The position numbers were made by a program, and so were the translations under genes. A model generated the notes under the pieces. The model was not told the origin of the DNA, did no database searches, and saw only the letters and a program-made list of their open reading frames with translations. A DNA stretch of 64,000 bases from a virus. Lineage: Duplodnaviria > Caudoviricetes. This document shows positions 39,585 to 48,727 of this stretch, one piece after another (the stretch's first letter is position 1; every line of letters starts with the position of its first letter). The stretch spans positions 1 to 64,000 of IMG/VR virus record IMGVR_UViG_2862421350_000002; one strand, given 5' to 3'.

Positions 39585-40424
39585 GTGCAGGAGCAGGCGT
39601 TGCCGGACACCTACGTCCGCGAGTACACCCCGGCCGGGCACCTCGGCCGCCACATGGCCTTGGACTCGCGGAGTCTCGCCTACCGGCGCCCGTACGACGG
39701 GCAACCCCTACGCGCCACCGCGTGGGAACCCCGCCTGCCCGTCCTCGACCAGACACGGCTCCTCTCCCAGGGCATCCACACCGCAGAGGCCTACGGTCTC
39801 GAGTCGGATGCCGACGCACTGGCCTCCTGTACCGGGAACGCGGCCACCGCCCTCCTGTCGGTCCTTCTCACCCCCGAGCAGGCGCACGCCGCCGCCCTGA
39901 ACCTGGCGGACCCGGCGATGGCGCAGCATTTCGCGATCGGCCTGTACGCCGACGCCACGACCTGTGACCAGTGGTCCGAACTCGCCTGGCCTGACCAGGA
40001 CGTTGGCTCGTCCGGGCTCGGCGTCGCCAAGGTCATGCGCGCACGCGGGCTGATCGACCAGTACGGGCACGCCACCACCGCCGAGGAGGTGTGCACGCTC
40101 CTGCAGACCGGCCCGGTGCTCCTCGGAATGCCGTGGCACGCCGCGTTCTCCGACCCTGACCTGGATGGGTTCATTGACGCTGACCCTGCCTGGGCGGACT
40201 CGCCATTGGAGGGCGGCCACGAGGTGTGCGTCACCGCCCTTGAAGCCGTCGCCCTCAACGACGGCACCCTCATGCCGGAGCACACGATCCTGCGCTTCAG
40301 AAACTCCCATGGCGCCGCGTGGGGAGACCACGGCGACGGCCGGCTCCGCCTCTCCACGTACCTGGCCATCCGCGACCAGGCCGACGTCATCCAGCCCCGC
40401 CTCGACTCCTGGAGAACCCGATGA
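39585..40424 (+). CDS. Papain-like cysteine peptidase
   Basis: DQ..SCTGNA, GGHEV, RNSHG..WG (Cys-His-Asn). Confidence 0.75.
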   Translation: MQEQALPDTYVREYTPAGHLGRHMALDSRSLAYRRPYDGQPLRATAWEPRLPVLDQTRLLSQGIHTAEAYGLESDADALASCTGNAATALLSVLLTPEQAHAAALNLADPAMAQHFAIGLYADATTCDQWSELAWPDQDVGSSGLGVAKVMRARGLIDQYGHATTAEEVCTLLQTGPVLLGMPWHAAFSDPDLDGFIDADPAWADSPLEGGHEVCVTALEAVALNDGTLMPEHTILRFRNSHGAAWGDHGDGRLRLSTYLAIRDQADVIQPRLDSWRTR

Positions 40425-40831
40425 GCCGCCTCAGCAAGCCCGACACCACCGACTCCCCTGACACCCCCAGCGCCAGCACGCCGGAGGAGACGCCCGCCCG
40501 TACCTCGGCGGCCTCCGGCGCACCGGAGCCCACAACGGCGACTGACGCCACCAGCGCGTACGAGCCGTACCCCGGCGCCCACTACTTCCACGGCGGCCGC
40601 CACAGCCAGATCGTCCACGCCATGGCCCGCCGCCTCGTCCAGGAAGGCCACTGGACCACCACCCAGCCTGCCGGGCCGGACTGGACGAACGGACACAAGC
40701 GGGCCTTCGCCGCCTTCCAGCACACCCTTCGCCCCAAGGAGGGCGGTGACGTCAGCGGCATTCCCGACGAGGTGGCGTGGGACCGGCTGCAGGTGCCCCG
40801 TGTCAGCCCCGTCCCGATCAGGGAGAACTGA
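40421..40831 (+). CDS. Stand-alone peptidoglycan-binding protein
   Basis: YPG..F..G..MARRLVQEG..GPDW..AAFQ..GIP...WDRL. Confidence 0.7.
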   Translation: MSRLSKPDTTDSPDTPSASTPEETPARTSAASGAPEPTTATDATSAYEPYPGAHYFHGGRHSQIVHAMARRLVQEGHWTTTQPAGPDWTNGHKRAFAAFQHTLRPKEGGDVSGIPDEVAWDRLQVPRVSPVPIREN

Positions 40832-40833
40832 CC

Positions 40834-41907
40834 GTGGCCACTCCGCTGTCCGCCGAGCGGCAACTCGCGGCTCTGCGCACCGAGGGTGTGAAGGTCTCGG
40901 AGCACCGCAGTTGGCGCACCCACAACCGCAACCACAAGGGAGCATGGGGCCCGGTCCACGGGGTGATGATCCACCACACCGTCAGCTCCGGCGACGACTC
41001 CTCAGTGGCCCTCTGTTACAACGGCCACTCCGCCCTGCCCGGCCCGCTGTGCCACGGAGTCGGCCGCAACGATGGCACCGTCGCGCTCGTATCGTCCGGC
41101 CGTGCGAACCACGCTGGCTCCGGCGACGGTGACGTGCTGCGCGCCGTCATCAACGAGACCGCCCTGCCCCCGGCCAACGAGGCGAACACCGACGGGAACC
41201 GGCACTACTACGGGCTGGAGATCGTCAACCTCGGCAACAACAAGGACACCTACACCCGCGCCCAGTACCGGGCCGCGGTGCTGTGGGCGGCCGCCCTATG
41301 CCGGGCGCACGGCTGGTCGGAGCGCTCGGTCATCGGCCACAAGGAGTGGCAGCCCGGAAAAATCGACCCCCGCGGCCCGATCGAGGGCGGCGGCTCCTTC
41401 TCGATGACCCAGTTCCGCGCCGACGTGCGAGCACAACTGGCGACGAAGCCGGGCAGCGACCCGACGCCGACCGCCCCCACCAAGCCGACGGCGCCGACGC
41501 CAGCCGTCAAGGAGGAACCGCCCGTGCCCGCCACGAAGGTCATCACCGAGTCCGTACCCGCGTCCGACCGACTCCCCGCCGGCGAGTACACGCTGATCAA
41601 GCTCGCCAAGGACACGGCCGCGCTCCAGGGCCCGTGCACCTACGTCGTCACCGCCTACGCCACGATCACCGGCACCCCCGGCACCAGGGTCACCGCCCGG
41701 TACCACGACCTGCCACTCGCCACCGGCCGCCCATCCCTCGACCTCCCAATCGACGGCGGCGTCATCGGCCCGGACGGCACCCTCAACCTCTCCGCCACCC
41801 GCAACGGAGGCCTCGACGCGAAGGAGCAACTCCGCCTGGAGCTGCGGGCCGACGCCGACGCCACCGTCACCCGACGTGTCCTGCGCGCCCTGCGCACCGA
41901 CGCCTGA
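40834..41907 (+). CDS. Endolysin, N-acetylmuramoyl-L-alanine amidase
   Basis: IHHT, ANHAG, GLEI, IGHKEW..KIDP. Confidence 0.92.
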   Translation: MATPLSAERQLAALRTEGVKVSEHRSWRTHNRNHKGAWGPVHGVMIHHTVSSGDDSSVALCYNGHSALPGPLCHGVGRNDGTVALVSSGRANHAGSGDGDVLRAVINETALPPANEANTDGNRHYYGLEIVNLGNNKDTYTRAQYRAAVLWAAALCRAHGWSERSVIGHKEWQPGKIDPRGPIEGGGSFSMTQFRADVRAQLATKPGSDPTPTAPTKPTAPTPAVKEEPPVPATKVITESVPASDRLPAGEYTLIKLAKDTAALQGPCTYVVTAYATITGTPGTRVTARYHDLPLATGRPSLDLPIDGGVIGPDGTLNLSATRNGGLDAKEQLRLELRADADATVTRRVLRALRTDA

Positions 41908-41924
41908 CCCAGAAGGAGTACCCC

Positions 41925-42188
41925 ATGAGCGACACTCCGTTCCCTCTCCCGTCCACCGAGACCGTCATCAAGGGAGCGCGCACCTACGCCCGCGACCTGG
42001 CCGAGCGCGTCACCGCAACGTTCCTTCAGACCTTCGTCGGCGGGCTGGTGCTGACTCAGCCGTTCGATATCGGCATGTGGGAGGCCGCCGCTGTCGGCGG
42101 TGTCGGCGCCGCGCTCTCTCTGCTGAAGGGGCTGGTCGCGCGGTGGCGGGACGTCACCCATTCCGCGTCGCTCGCCAAGGGTGTCTGA
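41925..42188 (+). CDS. Holin (r1t-like)
   Basis: ERVTATFLQTF, two TM segments, follows the endolysin. Confidence 0.8.
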   Translation: MSDTPFPLPSTETVIKGARTYARDLAERVTATFLQTFVGGLVLTQPFDIGMWEAAAVGGVGAALSLLKGLVARWRDVTHSASLAKGV

Positions 42189-42214
42189 CCCACCTCGCAC
42201 CAGGAGGCATGTAC

Positions 42215-42526
42215 GTGGACGCTGCGACCATCGGCGCCGTCGGAACGATCGTCGTCGGGCTCGCAGCGGCTGCGGCTGCTCTGATCGGACAGCGCACCAA
42301 CGCGAGGGCCACCCACCAAGGGGTTGTGATGACCGGGTTCGGTGGGCTCGTCAACGAGCTCCAGGAGGAACGGGCCGACCTCCGCGAGAAGCTCGCCCAA
42401 GCGCACGCCGAGCTGGCTGGGGAACGCTCCGACAAGGCCCAGCTGCACGCGCAGATCGCACAGTTGCAAGCCGAGATCGCCGAACGTGACCGCCAGATCG
42501 CCGCCCTACGGAGGACCGCCCCGTGA
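42215..42526 (+). CDS. Lysis-cassette membrane protein (TM plus coiled coil)
   Basis: AGGAGG RBS, N-terminal TM. Confidence 0.7.
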   Translation: MDAATIGAVGTIVVGLAAAAAALIGQRTNARATHQGVVMTGFGGLVNELQEERADLREKLAQAHAELAGERSDKAQLHAQIAQLQAEIAERDRQIAALRRTAP

Positions 42527-43206
42527 CCCGCCATCGCCCTGAAGGGATACTCGCTCGCCGCTGGCGGTCGCTCGCCGTCGCCGCGGTGCTTGCCGTGTTG
42601 TCCGGCGCGATCGTGCTGGTGTGGCTGCGCATCGATGCTGAGGCGCAGCGCACCGCGAATGTGGCGGCTGAGGCGGACCGGCGCGGTGACGCGGTGTCGA
42701 CGCTGGCCGGGGACGTGCGCACCCTACGCGCGCAGATCCAGGCCGAGGGCGGCACCCCTGCTGCACCGGACCCGGCGGCGGCGGTCGATGACCTGCCGGA
42801 CCGGGTCGAGGTCCCGGTGCCGATCCCCGGGCCGTCGGGCCCGCGCGGGCAGAAGGGCGAGGCGGGCACTCCTGGGAAGGACGGTACGGACGGGGAGCCG
42901 GGCGCGGCTGGGTCGCCGGGTCCGGCAGTCACGGGAGAGCCCGGCCGGGACGGGGTGAACGGCGCCGACGGAACCGACGGAGCACAGGGAATCCAGGGTG
43001 AGCGCGGCGAGAAGGGCGAGCCCGGCGAGCGCGGCCAGGCGGGTCCTCCTGGCCCGGCCTGCCCCGACGGATTCAGTCTCCAGCCGCCGCCGGGTGATCC
43101 GGATGGGCTGATGTGCCGGCGTGATGGTGCGCCACCGCCGGAGACTCCTGCCGGGTCACCGAGCCCGCTCGCTCTGGCGCTCGATCCGCGCCGCCAGTAC
43201 CCATGA
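42523..43206 (+). CDS. Membrane-anchored collagen-like protein
   Basis: TM, coiled coil, Gly-X-Y repeats, CPDG..C. Confidence 0.8.
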   Translation: MTRHRPEGILARRWRSLAVAAVLAVLSGAIVLVWLRIDAEAQRTANVAAEADRRGDAVSTLAGDVRTLRAQIQAEGGTPAAPDPAAAVDDLPDRVEVPVPIPGPSGPRGQKGEAGTPGKDGTDGEPGAAGSPGPAVTGEPGRDGVNGADGTDGAQGIQGERGEKGEPGERGQAGPPGPACPDGFSLQPPPGDPDGLMCRRDGAPPPETPAGSPSPLALALDPRRQYP

Positions 43207-43239
43207 TCGCGACGTGAAAGGGGCGGTCTGCCTGCCTAC

Positions 43240-43279
43240 CTGTCCTATAGTTTTGCGACTTTAATAACGTGATCTTGCT
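43240..43279 (+). repeat. 40-bp inverted repeat, left copy
   Basis: CTGTCCTATAGTTTTGCGACTTTAATAACGTGATCTTGCT; 39/40 match to the reverse complement of 55190-55229. Confidence 0.95.
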
Positions 43280-43444
43280 CAGATCTCCGGCCACGCTCCG
43301 CCGCTCATCGGCAATCCCCGGGTTACCGCAAAGCCGCTGGTCAGAACGGATTGTCAGTGGTCCCGTCTACCGTGGATTGGGTACGGACTGCCGGGAAGCC
43401 ACGGGGCTTCGGGAGCACGTCAGTCCCTGGCCCGGGGAGGCCGC

Positions 43445-43723
43445 ATGGCAAGGAGCAAGGTCACGTTCGACTCGAACGCGTTCCGCCGGAACCTGAACAA
43501 GGTCGCGAACGAGGCGGCAGGGAAGGTCGGGGCGAAGATCTCGGCGGTGCTGAATGGCATGTCGTCGGAGTTCGAGGGCCGGCCGGTGGAGGAGATCAAG
43601 CCGGTGTTGCAGCAGCGTTGGGCTGGTGTGGCTGGTGGGTCGATTACGGATCCGGAGTTGTCGGAATATGCAGCGAAGATCGCGGCGGGTGAGACGTTCG
43701 ACGTGAAGGTCAACGTACGCTGA
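43445..43723 (+). CDS. Hypothetical protein
   Basis: GGAGG RBS, followed by a hairpin. Confidence 0.7.
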   Translation: MARSKVTFDSNAFRRNLNKVANEAAGKVGAKISAVLNGMSSEFEGRPVEEIKPVLQQRWAGVAGGSITDPELSEYAAKIAAGETFDVKVNVR

Positions 43724-43727
43724 CACG

Positions 43728-43765
43728 GTGATGCCCCCGGCCACTTGTCCTGGCCGGGGCATCAC
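43728..43765. terminator. Bidirectional hairpin
   Basis: GTGATGCCCC..GGCCA / TGGCCGGGGCATCAC between convergent genes. Confidence 0.75.
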
Positions 43766-43775
43766 GCTGTGCGGG

Positions 43776-44015
43776 CTACTGCTCGGTTACGAGGAGGGCG
43801 GCAGGGGTTCCACCGGCGCTCCGGATCGGGGACACCTTCCACCCCTCGCCCTCCAGGGCGTACCTGATCTCATCGGCCCCGAGGCCTGCGCGCCCGAGGT
43901 GCACAGTGACCCTCCCGTTATCCGGGACTCCGGGGGTGGCGTGCTCGATTCGCTCGATCAGGTGTCGCTGATCGGCTACGAACGCAGCATCGGCAACGGC
44001 TTCGATTGAAGGCAT
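43776..44015 (-). CDS. Hypothetical protein
   Basis: GAGGA RBS, MPSIEAVADAA. Confidence 0.6.
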   Translation of the reverse strand: MPSIEAVADAAFVADQRHLIERIEHATPGVPDNGRVTVHLGRAGLGADEIRYALEGEGWKVSPIRSAGGTPAALLVTEQ

Positions 44016-44026
44016 GGTCGTGGTCC

Positions 44027-44422
44027 TCACCGCTCGGGGCCGAGGGCTCGGATGGTGGTGCACGGCCAGCTGATGTCGCCGTGGTTGGAGCACACGTCAC
44101 AGTAGGCCCCGGTTCCGGCGTCGGAGTCGCGCTTCTCGTGGAGTGCACGCACCCGCTGGATGGCGTCGCGCTGCTCGGCGAGCTTGGTGACGAACTGGGG
44201 GATGGTGTGGGTGTTCAGGTGCTCCAGGAGCACGGCGTCGATCTGTTCGATGTGGAGCCGTGCGGTGTCGGCCGCCATGCGCGTTACGACGTCGGAGATC
44301 GTCTCGCTGGGGCCCTGGGTGTAGCGGTTGGGGTTGTCTTCGGCGGTGGCCTGGGGTGCGTCGTGGTGCCACCCGCAGTCGAGTGGGCATTGGTAGCGCA
44401 TCGTCGGGCCGTAGGTCTGCAT
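44027..44422 (-). CDS. Zn-binding hypothetical phage protein
   Basis: CPLDCGW; RALH..CDVC..WPCTT. Confidence 0.65.
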   Translation of the reverse strand: MQTYGPTMRYQCPLDCGWHHDAPQATAEDNPNRYTQGPSETISDVVTRMAADTARLHIEQIDAVLLEHLNTHTIPQFVTKLAEQRDAIQRVRALHEKRDSDAGTGAYCDVCSNHGDISWPCTTIRALGPER

Positions 44423-44430
44423 GGTGGTCC

Positions 44431-44736
44431 TCACTGGTCGCTCTTGTGGGGCTTCTTCTCGTGGTTGCGCATGCTGGCCGGTGCTCCGATGTAGCCGCAT
44501 CGCTCGCACTCTTCCCACCCGGCGTCTTCGCGTGCTTTGTGGGTGACGGAGTGGCTGGGGCCGAAGCCCTTGGCGTGGAGCATCTGGGCGACGGAGCCGC
44601 CGTATTCGACGGCGATGAGGGCGGCTTCGGCGACCTTGTCGTGGCCTCGGGCGAAGAAGCTGCCGAGGCCGATGTCGGTGCCGCAGCCGCAGAAACACTT
44701 GCCGGTGGGGATGAGGCGGGGGAGGCTCTTCGTCAT
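44431..44736 (-). CDS. Zn-finger protein, probably leaderless
   Basis: CFCGCG..FARGHD; CERC..H; TACCTT just upstream of the ATG. Confidence 0.7.
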   Translation of the reverse strand: MTKSLPRLIPTGKCFCGCGTDIGLGSFFARGHDKVAEAALIAVEYGGSVAQMLHAKGFGPSHSVTHKAREDAGWEECERCGYIGAPASMRNHEKKPHKSDQ

Positions 44737-45176
44737 GCAGACCAAGGTAGCGCTTCTTGGTTGGCATTCATAGTCACTTTTCAAGAATGTGGGGCGGTCG
44801 GGGGCAGCAACTCGCCCCATCGGGCGCACCCTTGAACCATGAGCACTGACTCGACTCCCCGCGAGGTCGAGGCGCCCAGCCCCGACGACACCGCGCACCC
44901 CGGCGAACCACCCGACCCGCCGGAGCGGCCGCGCGAACCGGGCGCCCGGCCGGCCCCGCTGTCCCGGCTGCTGTTCCCGTGACGCGGATGCTGGGCGCCT
45001 GGTCGTCGCCGTGGTGCCCGTACTGTCGTGGCCCGGCGGGGGTGGACTGCCCGGACCGGTCGTGGTCGAAGAAGCAGCAGCGGGCGCGGGAGGAACGGGC
45101 CTGGCGGCGGGAACTTTTCCAATTCCCCCTCTACACTATTAAGGTCGACGAAATGTAAAGGGTGGGGCACAGCATC

Positions 45177-46076
45177 ATGCCGCGAGCGCTGACCGATGAG
45201 CAGGTCGAGGAAGTCCGCGCCCTGTACGCCCAAGGGGTCAGGACCGTAGAGATCGCTGAGCGGTACGGCGTTTCCCGCCCCACCGTCCTCAAGGCCGTCC
45301 CTGCGGAGGAACGGCGGCCGCGAGGCCCATGGAAGCCGTTCACGGAAGCCGAGGAGGTGGTCGCGAAGTACCGGAGCGGTCAGACCATCGTTGCCCTCGC
45401 CGAGGCATACGGCGTCGACACGACGAAGATCCGCCGGATTCTCATAGATGCTGGCGTCGAGAGGCGGCCCGCTAAGCCCCCTGCGCTTGACCTGCCAGCG
45501 AAGGAGATCGCCGACGCCTATCGCTCGGGTAAGACACTTCGCGCGATCGCCGCCGTCTACGGCGTTACTCCTGACCCGATCCGGCGTGTGCTGGCCGAGC
45601 AGGGCGTGGAGACGAGGTCGACCGGGTACGCCCCCTCGCTCAGCAGCGAGCAGAAGGAGGAGGCCCGCAGGCTGCGCGAGCAAGGTGCCAGCACCCTCGA
45701 ACTCGCGGAACGGTTCAGTGTGTCGCGAGCCGTCATGCAGGCAGCCGTTCGAGGTGTCCGAGGTCCCAACTCGGGCGAGAAGACTCGTCAGACAGACGCC
45801 GAGATCGTTGCCGCCTACGAACGAGGGGTAAGCATCCAGGAGCTAGCGCGCCGCAATGGAATGGCTCACCCCACCGTTACCAAGGTACTGAAGGACGCAG
45901 GTGTGGCGCTCCGTGGACGTGGCGCTCCTCGAAAAGGCCTGCCGGAGCACGAGATCCTTGAGAGAGCCAATTCGGGTGAGAAGCTGACTGATCTGGCCAA
46001 GGCGTACGGCATCAGCGATCCGACCCTCCGGCGCGTGCTCCGGGAGGGCGGGTTCCGCTTTCAGCGCTCCCGTTGA
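45177..46076 (+). CDS. Protein of six tandem HTH repeats
   Basis: Six ~50-aa units of the form Y..G.T...(I/L)A..YGV....I...L...GV. Confidence 0.85.
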   Translation: MPRALTDEQVEEVRALYAQGVRTVEIAERYGVSRPTVLKAVPAEERRPRGPWKPFTEAEEVVAKYRSGQTIVALAEAYGVDTTKIRRILIDAGVERRPAKPPALDLPAKEIADAYRSGKTLRAIAAVYGVTPDPIRRVLAEQGVETRSTGYAPSLSSEQKEEARRLREQGASTLELAERFSVSRAVMQAAVRGVRGPNSGEKTRQTDAEIVAAYERGVSIQELARRNGMAHPTVTKVLKDAGVALRGRGAPRKGLPEHEILERANSGEKLTDLAKAYGISDPTLRRVLREGGFRFQRSR

Positions 46077-46197
46077 GCCTGGCCGCGAATCGGGGCGATC
46101 CTTAGGATCGCGCACACAGCAGAAACGGCGGCGACCTCCGGATGCGGACCCGCGATAAGCTCACTTGCGTCCACTTAGCCTGATTCGTGAGGGTTCC

Positions 46198-46473
46198 ATG
46201 GTCCAGCACGCTGCTACGTGCCCGCTCTACCCGACTCACTGGCTCCGGTTCGCCGTGGCCACGACCGGACTCCTCCTCCAGGACCCGCCCGACCCGGGCG
46301 GAGACCGGATCTCGGCGATGATGCTGACCGACGCGCTCGCCCACCTTGCCGAGCTCCCGAATTGGGAGACCGTCACCCTGAAGGATGTCGTGGACCAGGT
46401 GGACTGGGTGGAGAGTTCTCCCAACCGCGAGTGGCTGCGGTCGCAGTGCACCTGCGGAGCTCTGGACGGCTGA
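46198..46473 (+). CDS. Hypothetical protein
   Basis: H..TCP N-terminus and CTCG C-terminus; GAGGG RBS. Confidence 0.55.
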   Translation: MVQHAATCPLYPTHWLRFAVATTGLLLQDPPDPGGDRISAMMLTDALAHLAELPNWETVTLKDVVDQVDWVESSPNREWLRSQCTCGALDG

Positions 46474-46514
46474 GCCAGCGTCGCACCTGAGCAGGCGGAC
46501 CGTTGCGTCTCACC

Positions 46515-46537
46515 TCGGATAACCTTTCGTTATCCGA
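46515..46537. promoter_or_regulatory. lox-like palindromic recombination/operator site
   Basis: TCGGATAA-CCTTTCG-TTATCCGA directly upstream of the recombinase. Confidence 0.75.
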
Positions 46538-46554
46538 TCACTCAGGAGGATCGC

Positions 46555-47616
46555 GTGGGAAACGCCCCCGCACCCATCCCGGAGTCCGACGAGGCGCTCA
46601 CGCTCCGCTGGGCCGAACGACACGGCGTCGACACTGCCCGCCGGCTGGTCGACGCGGAGAACCTCGCCGACGCAGTTGCGCGCGAGATCACCCCCGACAA
46701 CACGATCGACACCTACGCCAAGTCCTGGCGCGTGTGGAAACGGTTCTGCGTGTCCCAGAACTTCCCCCTCACCGAAGGAACCCGCGGCTCCCTCGTCGCC
46801 TTCGCCGTCTGGATGCTCCGCGAGGGCCGACAGGACGGCACCGGCTACGCACCCACCGCCGCCAAGACCCACCTGGCGGCCACCGCTGTGGGGTTGCGCC
46901 AGCGGGGCCACCCGGTGAGCAAGGACGTATTTGCTGAAGCCCGCGACGCCCTCGACGGCCTGGCCGTGCAACTCCTCAAGGCGGGTGAACGTCGGGGCCG
47001 CGGCAAGGCAGTGGCCGCCAGCGTCGATGGGTTGAGCATGATTGTCCGCGCCTGCCCGCCCGACCTGACCGGGCTCAGGGACAAGGCCCTCGTGCTCACC
47101 GGCTTCAACTTCGCCTCGCGCGCCTCCGAACCGGCAGGACTGCTGGCCGGTGACATCACGGTGCAGCCGCGCGGCATGGTCGTCTCCGTCCTCACCGGCA
47201 AAACGCGGTACTCCGTACGGGAAGCGAAGATCCCGTACTCGCAGACACCTGAACTCTGCCCGGTACGGGCTTGGATCGCCTACCGCGAGCAGCTCGTCGC
47301 CGAGCACGGGTCGAAGTGGGCCGCCCCCTCCACGCCGGCCTTCGTCGCCATCAGCCGCTGGGGAAAGGTAACGGGAGGCCTCGGTCCGGACGGCGTCACC
47401 CGTGCCATCAAGCGGATCTCCGCCCGCGCCCAGGTCCCGATCGTCTGGACCGGCCACTCTCTGCGCGCCGGCCTCGCGACCGAGGGACGCAGGAAGGGCA
47501 AGGACGCTGTCTCCATCTCCCGCCAGGGTGGATGGGCTCCCAACAGCCGCGAGATGCTCGGGTACATGCGAACGGCTGACGAATGGGACGACAATGCCTC
47601 CGCGGGACTGACCTGA
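46555..47616 (+). CDS. Cre-like tyrosine recombinase
   Basis: SRASE, GKT, GHSLRAG, QGGW, MLGY: full R-K-H-R-W-Y set. Confidence 0.93.
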   Translation: MGNAPAPIPESDEALTLRWAERHGVDTARRLVDAENLADAVAREITPDNTIDTYAKSWRVWKRFCVSQNFPLTEGTRGSLVAFAVWMLREGRQDGTGYAPTAAKTHLAATAVGLRQRGHPVSKDVFAEARDALDGLAVQLLKAGERRGRGKAVAASVDGLSMIVRACPPDLTGLRDKALVLTGFNFASRASEPAGLLAGDITVQPRGMVVSVLTGKTRYSVREAKIPYSQTPELCPVRAWIAYREQLVAEHGSKWAAPSTPAFVAISRWGKVTGGLGPDGVTRAIKRISARAQVPIVWTGHSLRAGLATEGRRKGKDAVSISRQGGWAPNSREMLGYMRTADEWDDNASAGLT

Positions 47617-48722
47617 TGCCTACGAGTGGAGCCGACGTGACCCCGAAGGTGTACGAGGCGGCGTCGGTGCGGCAGCTGTCCGCGGTGGTGGACGGCATGA
47701 CCGGCACGGTGTCCGACAGCCGACTGCGGCAGTTGCGGATGGTCGTCGGCATGTTCGACCGGGCGGTGGGCCGGGACGAGATGCCGGGCAGGGCGTCCCG
47801 GTCAGCAGCCCAGTTGTTCACGTGGGCGGCGCTACGCCCGTTCTGGGAGCTGGCGGCCGCCGGGGAACTGCGGCATTGGGAGAAGGACATCGGGAAACCG
47901 CTGCCGGTGACCACGCTGCGGGTGGTGCGGAACTGCTTGGAGGTTCTGGCTGGCCGGGTGCTGCCTGCGGGTCGGCGGGTGCGGTTGCCGGAGCTGGAGG
48001 CGCCTGTGCTGAAGTCGACGGTGGATGACCGGTCGTTGGCCGCCTTGTATCGGGGGATGGTGGATCTGGCGGCGACAGGGCCGTTGGTGCGGGACGGGAC
48101 GGCCCTGTCGCCGGAAGACCGGGCGCGGACGTTGGCGATGGTGGCGGTGCTGCTGGATGCGGGGCTGCGGTCGGGGGAGATGGCCGCGCAGACGTTGTCG
48201 GACCTGGCACCGGGGGTGGCGGCGGTGGGGGTGCGCCGGCGGGCCCAGCGGCGGGACGAGGCTCGGGCCGGGGAGGTTGCCGCGGTGACAGGGCTGCACC
48301 CGTCGACCGTGACGAAGGTGTTGTCCGGGTTGGGGCATGACCGGTCGTTGGCGACGGAGGCCCGGGTCCTGGAGGCTGCCGCGGCGTTGCCGCCGGTGCC
48401 GGAGGTGGAGTGGTTCGAGCTGCGGGAGGGGTCCCGGGTGGCGGTGCGCCGGTGGCTGGCCGTGCGGGAGCTGCTGGTGTCGGAGGATGTGCCGTTGACG
48501 GGGCAGCGGACAGCGTTGTGGGTGACGTTGACGCCGTCGAAGGCGGGGCCGATCGGGATCCCGCTGCGTCCACAGGGGCTCAGGCAGGCGTATGCGCGGG
48601 GGATCACGGCGTTGAACTGGGTGATGGCCGCGTCGCATGGGTGGGAGCCGTTGCCGACGACGATGGAGCAGGTGCGCCGGTCGGTGGACGTGGTGCCGCT
48701 GCTGGACCCGCCCGGGGTGTGA
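47616..48722 (+). CDS. Degenerate tyrosine-recombinase-fold protein with inserted LacI-like HTH
   Basis: LLDAGLRSGE box I; EVAAVTGLHPSTVTKVLSG; no HxxR and no terminal Tyr. Confidence 0.7.
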   Translation: MPTSGADVTPKVYEAASVRQLSAVVDGMTGTVSDSRLRQLRMVVGMFDRAVGRDEMPGRASRSAAQLFTWAALRPFWELAAAGELRHWEKDIGKPLPVTTLRVVRNCLEVLAGRVLPAGRRVRLPELEAPVLKSTVDDRSLAALYRGMVDLAATGPLVRDGTALSPEDRARTLAMVAVLLDAGLRSGEMAAQTLSDLAPGVAAVGVRRRAQRRDEARAGEVAAVTGLHPSTVTKVLSGLGHDRSLATEARVLEAAAALPPVPEVEWFELREGSRVAVRRWLAVRELLVSEDVPLTGQRTALWVTLTPSKAGPIGIPLRPQGLRQAYARGITALNWVMAASHGWEPLPTTMEQVRRSVDVVPLLDPPGV

Positions 48723-48727
48723 GCGGG

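Noticed and set aside
43240-43279. Protelomerase site or dif site
   Set aside because: Not palindromic and no match to the XerD arm consensus
44839-44982. 47-aa Pro-rich leaderless peptide
   Set aside because: Possible, but no motif or RBS supports it
46555-47616. Prophage integrase with attL/attR
   Set aside because: Cre-like motifs, no arm-binding domain, no tRNA or host junction, and ParAB/Rep are present
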